A stretch of DNA of 64,000 bases, taken from assembly GCF_000150275.1 (NCBI RefSeq), contig NW_002060945.1:1430199-1494198 (forward strand). The letters run 5' to 3'. The notes under the pieces are model-generated. The model saw only the letters and a list, made by a program, of their open reading frames with translations, did no database searches and had not been told where the DNA came from. This document shows positions 12,601 to 23,564 of the stretch, in pieces. Origin of the DNA: Trichoplax adhaerens (taxonomy: Eukaryota; Animalia; Placozoa). The position numbers and the translations under genes are program-made. Position 1 is the first letter of the stretch. Every line of letters begins with the position of its first letter.

Positions 12601-15405
12601 ATAATTCAATATTGAGGCAAAACCGGATCCGGTTTGATAGGAGTAACGAGTCAATGTAGCATTAATCCAAAAAAGGAATGCATACGGACAGTAGATAACT
12701 TTCTTTAATCGAAGAATGTGTTAAAAGTGTCTTGATAGTTAATACCAAATTACTTCTGTAAGCATGAGTAGATTGCTGTATTTCCTTACTACGAGATTTC
12801 CGATATCAAGCTCAATAAGTTACAATGACATGATGCCATCTACGTATATCTACTTTGCATAGAAAACAAACATCAACACTGTTTTCAATTGATAGAACTA
12901 ATAAGGATGCTATACCGCAACTGCCTGCCGATAGCATTTAATCAGTCCAACTAATTATAATAATCTAAAACTTGGGAATAAATCTATCGACTCCAAAAAG
13001 AATTTACAAATCAATCAGATAAAGCGACTTGTAATTAAAGATTACTAACTAACAAATCTAGGAAGAGTGACAGAACCGATACATCGGAAACTGCAAATCC
13101 ATCCGAAAAAGAGGACTTGCCATAATTATAGAGGTTATAAATTAATAAAATAAAGGAAGAATAGTACAAATTCAGATAGCTACATGGGCCTTGCAATTAA
13201 TGAAGATGTAATTATTATACAAGTACGCGTAGAATAGAAATGAAAGAAGCGCTGAATTGATGCTCATGCAGTAGAATACGTGATATACGCCCATTAGACC
13301 CAACCATTTCTCTATCGGTTAAATCAAGTTTAATAAATTTGGAATACCGTAGGATCGAACACTCCATCGGATGTTATAGGTGATAATGGAATCGATATTA
13401 TTGTCCGATAATGCTAATCAGTTATTAACAATTCTACCCATAGTTTCTTACAAACACATCTAAGCTATTTAATACAGAATTATATCCAAAGTTATTTCCG
13501 GTAGGACAATTTTAGCCAAGGTTAATGAGATCATTATTAAGATGGATCTATTCTACTGAGCTGCAGTTGATTTTACATCCAATAACGATTTATTCCAGCT
13601 GCTTTGTAAGGCTTTCTATCTCATCCGAGAAAAGAGGAAAAAGTCTTTTAATCTATTGTCGGGTATACTGAAGGATAGTTGTGGGGACAACCTAGTTCAG
13701 TCCATGCATTTAGAAAAGCCTTGGTCTTGTTCTACCTGCCAAGTCGAGCATTACTTCTTTTCATCCCATCTCGAGATACAGTTAATTTTTTCAAGGTAAA
13801 TAGCAACTAATCCAAAAGAAATAAATCTATCTACAAAATTCTACTTTCTGTCGCCATTAGCGATAAATAGGCACATTAGCAAAATGAATTTGTAATTGAC
13901 ATGTGAGATGAAAAGCAAATCAAACTTTTATTCCATAGCATTTCTTTCTGTGTGAATAAATTAACATTTATTTTTTCTTTTTCTGGACTTTATTCATGGA
14001 TCGCTAGAAAGGAACCTAGCTTTCTTTCTAATGATTAATGACTTATTCAAGCTATTCCTACGCTACTGTAATGCTCTACAACGCTCGATTACATTGAGAG
14101 AAAAATAATAAGTGTTTGCTAATTGCAATTGGTTACCTTCATCTGCCCTACTACTACTGCAGCTGTACATCGGGTTGGCCTCATATCGACTAGACGAATA
14201 ATTACTCTAGTATAGCGTATATCGATCCGGGATTGAATAATCTTCATGGATGTTATTGACTGTAGATCGTAAAAGGAATTTGACACCTTGCAGAAAGTAT
14301 GGCATGATCAGCAGGAAAACTTGAAAGCTCATTAAACGCCTTGAGTTATATATAAGAAACAATTTTAAACTGCTACTTATCCGTCCAGAATGCTGTAGAC
14401 GTTGACGAGAAAGCATTCGTAGGCGGGTAGAATTAGATGTGGATAGCTGGATAAGATTGTCAATTCTAAATTAACTGTCTAATCAACAAAGAGAAACATG
14501 TTGGCTAATTTTGGCTGGCAGTGAATAAAATACAAAGTGATATCAATCATGCTAGTGTCAAAGGAAATATCTGTTATGAAATGGCTGTAGATACAACGTA
14601 TACGAATTTTGGGGGGGCCTAGGTTAGCACCTAATGTTGAATTTTAAATTACTGTACCAGCATGAAACATTTTTGTTCCATAACGAATAGACACAAGAAT
14701 AAACGCTTCCGTATCAACATTGGGCTAGCTACAAACTTCGATCGAATATCATTGTCGATGAAATAGTATACAGATGGCTATTCGTTGATTTTAAAATGAT
14801 TCTAATTTATACTATACAGTCAAAGTCATATTCTACGTCTACGTGCAAGTGATGGAAGATCCGTTAATTAAAGACGACCAACTTAATGACAACATTACTC
14901 TATCAGCAATTACCGCCCAGTGCGTATAGAATTAATGGACTGGAGCAGGTAATTTCAATTTAGCTCTTGATGGCTTCGAATTTATTTCAACAAAAATTGT
15001 CCATCTTGATTCGCTACTTTATCCAAAGTTTAGGAAGGAAAGCAACAATATCCGATAGACAATACTGCAACATCCATGCTAACAATTCTTAACAACGTGT
15101 ACAAGTGATGTTCAAAAAAGCCCTCTTCAAAGTTCAAGCCGATCGCAAGCCGATGCTACCAACAATAACCCTCACTACATTGCTACTACCCTTTACCATC
15201 ATGTCAAAATCATTTTACATAAGCATACCATGTATGTTATTGGAAAGTCATTCCATAAAAGCTGAAAAGTTATTTCTATTCTTCATCAGTTTGATCGATC
15301 ATTTGTTATACCTGTAAAAATATTCTATTTGTAACTTACCCGTACTAGTGTTTCCTTCCTATTAAGATCATCCAACGCTGTCGCTTCATGATCCTGCTTC
15401 TCCAT
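653..15405 (-). CDS. SLC4 anion exchanger, AE2-like (SLC4A1-3 clade), paralog A; 19 predicted exons, ~1290 aa
   Basis: Phase-consistent GT-AG exons: 15340-15405 (tentative first exon), 6443-6599, 5791-6303, 5540-5640, 5292-5406, 4931-5073, 4643-4808, 4207-4538, 3705-4094, 3380-3542, 2895-3253, 2580-2774, 2219-2470, 1913-2117, 1543-1842, 1306-1472, 1023-1193, 786-831, 653-684. Motifs: [19 protein letters not shown] (AE2-type N-terminal block), [79 protein letters not shown]-terminal [12 protein letters not shown]. The core 653-6599 is secure; the exon at 15340-15405 is inferred. Confidence 0.93.
8860..10140. repeat. Degenerate tandem repeat family, ~6 units of roughly 180-270 bp, in the predicted first intron of SLC4 paralog A
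   Basis: Recurring ordered blocks AATGGCTCTTTATGTGC..TTTGAGGG, AGCCTCTTT, AAGTCATGACTAAGGTTTGACAG, GTAGACAGG near 8910, 9060, 9328, 9550, 9740, 9940. Confidence 0.7.
10330..10930. repeat. Degenerate ~3-copy repeat (~210-220 bp period)
   Basis: AATG(G/C)G(G/A)TATGCAAG at ~10350, ~10556 and ~10771, each followed by TTTTGACGC(C/T)ATT at ~10441, ~10643 and ~10866. Confidence 0.6.
11590..11980. repeat. Degenerate minisatellite, ~80 bp unit, ~5 copies
   Basis: Repeated AATCGA(T/C)TAATCTATCAACTCGAT(A/G)AAATAAT...GATAAACTCTAATCTGG(A/G) blocks. Confidence 0.7.
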
Positions 15406-16959
15406 TCCTACTCGATTCTACTACTATATTAATTTAGTGGTACTGCAATTAAAAATGGACACAGTACTGAAATTAGCCGATAATCATGCCATCAATAAAG
15501 TAAATCGTCTTCCACAATTAATTTCCATCGACAGTGGCCCGGGGCAGTCGACAAGAATTGATTATAATATTATCTATGTAGATTATTCTTTTCGTTAGAT
15601 AACAACTACTTCATATCCTTTCCTATGATTGCATACAATTTGAATAAATGATGTGAGCGACTATGTTACAGTATCGATTACTGTAGACGTTACAGCCTCT
15701 AGGCTATCGAGCCACGACAGCTAGTTGGTCCTGGTTACACCATGGTTCCACCCATCCAGTGGTGAGGTGACCCGAGTGTGAACCGTAACGTCTTTTTAAG
15801 GACAACCTATTAATGGTTAAAGCTATAGTAAACGATAGAGTGCAACCTGGTGATTCAGTGTGTGTGTGATGGCAGTTCAGCCATGGTGTGAAACGGAACA
15901 CTGCTATGTTAACGTGACGTGACCGTCATGACCAGACATTGCGATTCCCTACTACTGAAACATCGCTACAGGTTGCATAAATTGACCCATGAATCCAATC
16001 CAGAGGTACAGTAGATCGGGTATTCGAAAATGGCTGTAAAATAATGAAAGTTCCAAATTAATTTTATTTATTTATTTACTTTGTTCTCAATATTAACACT
16101 GTACGCGGTGTACAGTAAATGAAAATGGAGAATGCAGCGTATACACAGTAGTACAAAAAACTTCTTTGACACGGTGTTTATCGTAGAAATTTAGTCGCTC
16201 GATGCTGTTCGACAAGCAAGAAAAAAGCCCTTCAAGGTTCGTCTGCAAAGGCTCACTCTATGTGCCATAGGATTAGCCGTTTTTACTCTCCAATTAGATA
16301 CGACTATATACTGTTGTGCTATTGCAATGGAAGACCTCACATGTACGGTTAAAAGACCAGATAATGATTCAATCCAGACAGGGTATAGTTCACTATAGTA
16401 TTTCACACACTCTAAACTAGATTTATTTAGACAACAAATGACTGACCAAGGTAAAAGATTATGCCAGTTTGTAGAAAAACTTTTATTCGCTCGACAGGAC
16501 CGGTGTCAATTATACCGTAATTACCGGTAAAAATGTCCCATTCATAATGTTGAAGTCAATGTAGTGTACTGTAGTACGCTAATTTAGAATCATTAGATCC
16601 ATTAGTGCCTCGAAATTAAATCGACAATCATTGTAATCAGCTGATGCGCTGATCACTGGCTCATATTTTGTTGTACATACTGTACTGTATATTACAGTTC
16701 AGTACTATACTCGTTCTACAGAAATACCAGATATGGTTTTAACCAATGATAGTATACTTTACACCTTTTATATATCGTTAACGAATCATTTCATATACCC
16801 TGGCTTTAAACTTTGACTGCTGATCAAACATTAGACAAGAATACATTGTCTCATGAAGAAAGCTAAGGCAAGGAAAAATATTTTTTCCCCAACCGCCAAA
16901 TTTCCATCAAATGCAAAGCGGGTTTGCAATTTTCCCGCGAAATAGGTATACCACCAGTG

Positions 16960-17006
16960 TGACGTCATGGCACATTATGCAAATTATTTGTCCCATAAGT
17001 GATGCT
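16960..17006 (+). promoter_or_regulatory. Putative snRNA-type promoter of the U12 gene (CRE palindrome, octamer, PSE-like element)
   Basis: TGACGTCA at 16960-16967; perfect octamer ATGCAAAT at 16977-16984; TCCCATAAGTGATGCT at 16991-17006, about -60 to -45 from the U12 start where metazoan PSEs lie. The PSE assignment is positional inference. Confidence 0.5.
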
Positions 17007-17050
17007 ATTTCATTGTAAGTATATAAATCAATTGCCTTTCTAATGGATCT

Positions 17051-17211
17051 TTGCCTTAAACTAATGAGTAAGGAAAATAACTGAATCCTGGTGACGCGGG
17101 ATTCGCATCGTATACGTAGTTATACGTGAAATTTTTGCCGGAGGAAGGTCGTCCTCAGGTGACCCCCACTACTTTTAGGGGGATGCCTGTGTTGTTGCGA
17201 TCTCCGCTCCC
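17051..17211 (+). ncRNA. RNU12: U12 minor spliceosomal snRNA
   Basis: 5' end TGCCTTAAACTAATGAGTAAGGAAAATAAC is nearly identical to vertebrate U12. Branch-site-pairing GTAAGGA at 17068-17074. Stem IIa GAATCCTG/CGGGATTC with the conserved GTGACG loop and compensatory changes. Stem IIb CGTATA/TATACG. Sm site AATTTTTG at 17130-17137. Stem III AAGGTCG..CAGGTGACCC..CTACTTT..GGGATGCCTG..GTTGCGATCT, with the 65K-binding loop CTACTTT at 17169-17175. Confidence 0.96.
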
Positions 17212-17304
17212 TTTATTATAATAAAACCAAGAATAATTTGATTGATTTTGCTTTTCTACTATGCTCTCGGTAGGGATGCACAAGGCTATAACAATGTTAT
17301 TATA

Positions 17305-17702
17305 ATTCAAGCATATAAACCTATCTCTAATTATGGAAGACCAGACTTTTAAGAAGTTGTTGGCAATACATCGAAATATCGTATAGCATAAACACATTTT
17401 AGTATCGATTCTGCTTGGCATCATTTATTAGAAGTGGTATTATACAGATGGAGATGGACCTAAACATTTACCTGCTGAAATGCCCCTTATAAATCAAGCA
17501 TATGAACTTATCTACAATTATGTAAGACCAGACTTTTAAGAAGTCCTTGGTAATACAAATGTCGTATAGCATAAACACATTTTAATATCAATCAGATCGA
17601 TTCTGCTTGGCATCATTTACTAGAAGTGGTATTGTACAGATAGAGATGGACCCAAACATTTACTTGTGAAACCTCCAAAAATGCCGCTGAAATGCCTCCA
17701 TA
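17305..17702. repeat. Tandem duplication, 2 copies of ~190 bp, just downstream of U12
   Basis: AAGACCAGACTTTTAAGAAGT...CGTATAGCATAAACACATTTTA...TCGATTCTGCTTGGCATCATTTA(T/C)TAGAAGTGGTATT(A/G)TACAGAT(G/A)GAGATGGACC occurs at ~17337 and ~17524. Confidence 0.9.
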
Positions 17703-18449
17703 ATCTATACCTTCACTATCCTTGTCCAAGCAAATTTGCAAAATTTTAACGAAATAAATTAAGACCTTTTTGGTTAATTTTGCTAAGAACTGGCAGATAT
17801 GTTTGGACAAATGCGTTAAAGTTATACGCGTATAGCTGTTTCAACGGCATTTCTGGATATATCATAAGAAAATAACTAGATCTAATGTACAATCTCAACA
17901 CTGTATTCCAGCCTAATTATACTCGACGTATATCTGCAATCAATCAACTATACGGTTAATATGAAGGGAGTCATACACGTAGAATTAAGCATGAATATAA
18001 GTAATGCGGAATAAGATTTCATCTTTATTCTTGGATCTATTTATATCGAATAAATAATAGCATGGCAATATTATTAGCTTAGCCTACAGAATTGCAAGAC
18101 TACAGTTATTTCCAGATCTTTTATAATTCAATGTTACCGTGGTAATCATCATTGATCTACTCTAATCGAATGAAGAAACTACCGCGTTAGCCACGCATTA
18201 TAGTTATAGGCTTTAAGCATGAAGCGTTTTATCAATATAAGATATGTCGAAATTAATCAACATTTTCTATAGCTAAACAATTTTCAACAAGAACATCGCC
18301 TTACAATAATATGATCATTTAACCTTTATAATTCATATGATGTCTTAACTTAAATGTTGACACAATGATTATTTAAAATTTGCCAAGTACTACAGTAGAT
18401 GTGGCAGCTTGGTAACGTCCAATAAATATTGATCAAGCTTTGGACTAAT

Positions 18450-21400
18450 CTAGACTGGAGAAGCAGCAGATTTAACAGAAGTTTCAGTTCCATCTTTATG
18501 ACCTGCTCCAAAATCCGGCGATTTAACTTCAACTTCATCTTCTTCATCGTCAGGTAATGGAGTTTTACCGTCGTTGTCAAGCTATGCAAAACAAATCAAA
18601 AATTTAATAGCCTTTTACGATAAGTAGGAATAATCGAAAAATCTAATCAAAGTAGCTAACAGCTAAAGGTTACTGAATCTGTCATTATTACATTTAATAA
18701 CCGTAATATAGAAAACTCCTTGTAATGATTATAATTATCGTACTGTAAACACATTTCATAAGAAATGACATAAAAAATCAAATTCCATTAAAATATTGTA
18801 GATCAGTTCATATTCAGAATATACAAGAAAAGAATAGACTCGAATAAAAACGTAGTTCTACTTTCGTCAATGTCTACTATGTATCAACGGAGTGATTTAA
18901 TGAATCTCACTAGGAATAATGAACTTAATATACGAGCTATACATGCTGATTTAATAGTTGTAATTTAATGGCAAGGTTGTTCCGAAATCTTTCAATAATA
19001 TTTTTAACTAGCCTGAAAATACTGCTTATTTCATAATTCGCTGATTATGTGATAAAGTTTGCCTAGAAACGAGACTTACTGCTATCAGTTCTCTTCTCGT
19101 GAAAAAGTGCTTCATTTGCCAGCGAACTGGAATAGTCAAAATTATAAAGAGTGGGAAAGCAATAGAAGCATCGGTCGATTTGATAACCCAAAGGACGACG
19201 ATGCATACAATTTGTACTAAAGTGAAAAGATGAATCTTTCTTGTTGGCACCTGATGAGATAAAAAGTTAAAGATACTAATTAAGAAGCCACCTATGTGTA
19301 GGTAATAATTGACATACTTGTACCGCACTAGTCCGACAATATTTATGTACCAAGGTATCGAATGTAAAATTTTAGTCGCAGTCACTTACATTGCGAACAA
19401 ATATAGTTTCTGGATGGTACTTTGAAGGCATAATCAGCATCTTAATTCTTTCTATTAGCTGAACTCCGTTTAAGGACGTAAATCCCATGTATAGGAAAAC
19501 ACCATAAAGAACCGGTATAGGGATTAATCGAAGGACATCAGTTAAGAATAAGGAAGCGCCTAAAGATAACGGCAATAACGCCATGTTAATACAATAAAAG
19601 TTTAAATTTTATAGTGATGATAGTGTTATTTTCCTTTCAATTTTTCAAGCCTATATCTTGATATCAATATATGCAGCAGTGTGTATACTTACCTATCATG
19701 ATATGAATGAGTAAATTGCTAACTCGTTGTTCTTTAACTTCAACTAATTGGGATTTTTCTCCAGGAGCATTTGATTTACTCATGACTGTAACACTTAAAG
19801 TATGAGATAGCGTACGGACAGTGGCAACGCACATCCATGGAGCACCAATAAGTGATGTTATACCGACACCAATACCAACAAGGAGTAAGTTAATGTGGAA
19901 CCCAGATCCCTAATCAAAGTAGATACACAGTGTAGCAAACTTAAGCAAGCAATTGAAATAAATTAAAGCGATGAATAATTACAATTAATCAGTAAGAGTA
20001 CTCTTTTTTTGTCAATTGAAATGAGTACTTTAACGTTAACTGCCAACACGAGCATAGCATTATAAATACGCACCTTCTTCATCTTATTCTCTTTTTTATT
20101 AACTAAAAGCAATGTAATTTCTGTTTCCATAAACAATAAAATCAAAACCAGCAAAGCTGGAACAGCCGCTAAAAACATTAATCCAACCGGGAAAGGTTCT
20201 TTTAATCCAAGAGGGTTTATTAACCAGCCCCGTTTATGTGGAGAAGTTGTCGATAGACCACCTGGTACTTCCAATGTTCTAACATAAACACCATGAATCA
20301 AAAGATTAACGACTACCATGGCTGCAATTGAGATTGGGATACCAAAATCACTGATAATTTGGCGGGCCTAAAATGAAAAACCATATTAAACGACATATAT
20401 TAGCAAATAGTATCCAATCATCAATAACGAATATTTTGCAATCCGGCTCTAAAATTGACCAGACAATTATAACACAACATTTAACGTTGATACAATTTGG
20501 TCACCAAAATTAACCTTTTCAATAAACCTAATTGAATTAGAGCCTTAAATCACTCCGAAGCATATCTTACCTGGCGTCCTAAATATTGACTATTTCTAAA
20601 TTGGCGGAAGAACATGGCCAGACCAAATGTTCCCAACATTAAGATAGTGGAAAGTAAAGAGGTATTGGGGCGAGGTGGAATCACTTGTACAGCAGATGTT
20701 GTATTTGATATATTGCTATTGAAAAATGAAATAGGTATAGTGGCGTTGGTAGTGGAAAGATTGTTTTCTACCACTGTGCAATAATCGCTTATGAGAGGAT
20801 GATTTTCGTAGATCTAGGAGGAAATGAATTTAGTGTCATTAACGACAAGAAAGAATTCTATCAAATTGATAGCCCCCTGTTTCGATAGTATATAAAAAGT
20901 TTCCATTACTATTATACCTTAATGAGATTAAAGAAAGCTTCGTAGATAAAAATGATGGATACCAAAGCGGAGAATATCTCTTGAGTAAATCGTGAAAAAT
21001 AGCGTACAAGAAAGCTTCCTTCTAATGCCACGGTTACAAAACATATAATCATAACCCACGCACCGATCCAGAATCGGAAAACGATATATTCGATATTAAA
21101 CTGGCCACACAGCTATAACATGTCAAATAGTAAATTAACTCAATACTAATTCCAATTTTGTTTCGTAACATAAACATATGTTTAAAGTAGATAGAAAGCA
21201 TGCATTGTCTTTTAATTAAGTAAATTGATAATTCTATAAATTTAAAAAAGATTCTATCTTGCATCTTCTCTATGTTATAATGTGTGCTCACTTGTAAAAT
21301 CATTAATTTATAAAGAACTACGATATTTAATAAAGCAACTTACCTCATAAACAATTTCTTCAAATATCAATATAGGCCCAGTAGAACCTATGATAGCTAA

Positions 21401-23520
21401 TGGCTGCCCAGCAAAGAATGCAAACATAAGACCAATAATAGCTGTACCTAATATCATTTCGCTTACACCAATCCAACCGTCGGTTTTTGAACTAATTAAA
21501 CCTCCGAATGTAATTGCTGGTGAAATGCATGCAAAGTAAATGAAAATAAAAGCTGCCAAAGTTTGAAAATTTAATCCGTCTAAAATAAAAAAAGTGCACA
21601 AAAATATTACGATCAAAATTATTACATGAAATATTAACTTCATTTAGAAAACGAAATTATATAAAACATACTATAGAGCAATATTACCAAATGCCAATTA
21701 GTGACTATCGTATATCACAAGAAGAACAGTTGATTGTTTACCTTTGAAATCACTAACGTAATAAGGATAGCGCTTCTTGCATTCATTGATAAAGCCTCCA
21801 AATAATCGCCCTGTTCTTTTCAATGGATCATTTTCTTCTTGTCCAACCATATGAACATCGGCAAATCGTGGTGATAGCTCGTTCTCATCTAATGCATTTC
21901 AAAACAACCACTTAATACAGCCTTTATAATCTTATTTCATATTTACATCCAAATTACGGATGTAAAACCATGCATCAAGTTAATGCCATTCGTAATACGC
22001 GTATACTTTAGAAAGACCCACAATTATCATTTTTCACTACCTGCTAATATTCTGACTGTACTACCGATACGGTTAGAATTATCTGGTAGCGTTACTGGGT
22101 CCAACATATCTTTATCCCAATCACCAGGCGGTAAGACAACGCTTTGATCCAGAAACTGGTTAATCGCATTCAATAAGTCCATGCGTGTCTCAGCAGCGTA
22201 AGCTGCTTGATTAAAGCTCTACAATGTAAAATAGCAAAATACGAGCGGTCAAGACGGATTAAAAGAAACTAGACAATTTCAAGTACAGTAGGTAAAGTAT
22301 GTATTTGCTTCTTACGACTGCGTCTCTCAATGCATACAAAGTTAAAGTATGATATCATTTCTTAAGCTAGTAGTATCGTTACCTCATTTGACATCAATGT
22401 TGAAATTGATCTTCCAATTTCGTAATAGTTAATAGTATCATCTTCCGGACCCATCATGATGAAAATAAAACGAACTGGTATGGGTGCTTCGGCTAAATTG
22501 CCTAATCGTCTCCCTTTCGTCAATCGCGCAAAGGCGACAATTGGCTTTTTCATGTCATTAACGGTACCGACGAGGACGGTACAAGCCTCAGAACCTGACG
22601 GAATCTTGCGTAATATGCCTGAATCGTCGCATTCTTCAATCTCTTCCTGTTTATCTAAATTAGTCACTGATTTGCCTAAATTAGCACGAATTTGATCCCT
22701 CGATTCCTAGAAGATAAATTTTATTATGACAGCAGGGCTGAGTACAAGTTGGATACTTGAGTAAATAAGAGAAAGGAATTACTCTCCAACATTCTATGAC
22801 AATTTAGTAACCAGCTCTCTTCGAAATGTTGCTTACCTGCAAAAATGCCACCGATGGTGATAACACACCTTTCTCTGCTTGCTGCATACTAGGCGATACT
22901 GGAGTCATGGGAACAAATGGTGTAAATACCTCAGCTTGTGGCGGATTCTGTGCCTGTTCATCGTTAGATGATGCTTTCTCTGCTGTATCACTTACCATTT
23001 CTAAACTAACAAATTGGCTTGAATCAACATTTTCACTATTAGGAACGTCACGAACACCAGCTCCAGAAGCAGGGGCATCCTGGTATAGTTCTGTTTTGGA
23101 TATGTCACCCTTAGAACCAGAATCGCTTTTTCGAGTAGGAGCTAAGAAAGGCAGGTAAAAATATGGTAAAATTAAACAAAGATAGCGCTGTGATTAAAAA
23201 ACGGGATCCTACGGTATATATAATCATATGCTGAAAGTTGAACTGTAAACCGGTAGGATAAAAGTAAAAAATAATTTGAAAAAATCTCTACAGTAGATTT
23301 CCTCTAGTTAAACTGCAATTCTATATAATATCTCGAAGATCGCAATATTAATATTTACAGTTAACGTAATACTTTACTTTAAAAGTACTGACTTACAATA
23401 TTAGTTTTCTGTATGTTTGTATAATATGATTAAAGCATTTCTACAAATAAATAAGATTGCATAACAAATAGATTATGGTTTGATTTACCTTCATGCGTTT
23501 GAGAGGTTTTTCTGTGCTTG

Positions 23521-23564
<44 letters not shown>

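Noticed and set aside
12620-12635. Perfect 16-bp palindrome AAACCGGATCCGGTTT
   Set aside because: About one palindrome of this length is expected by chance in 64 kb, and there is no supporting context
16150-16290. Minus-strand AAAAACGGCT..TGGCACA hairpins followed by T6, a candidate U11 snRNA or Pol III RNA
   Set aside because: Lacks the U11 5' splice-site pairing sequence, the AUCAAGA loop and correct Sm-site spacing; only an Rfam scan could rescue it
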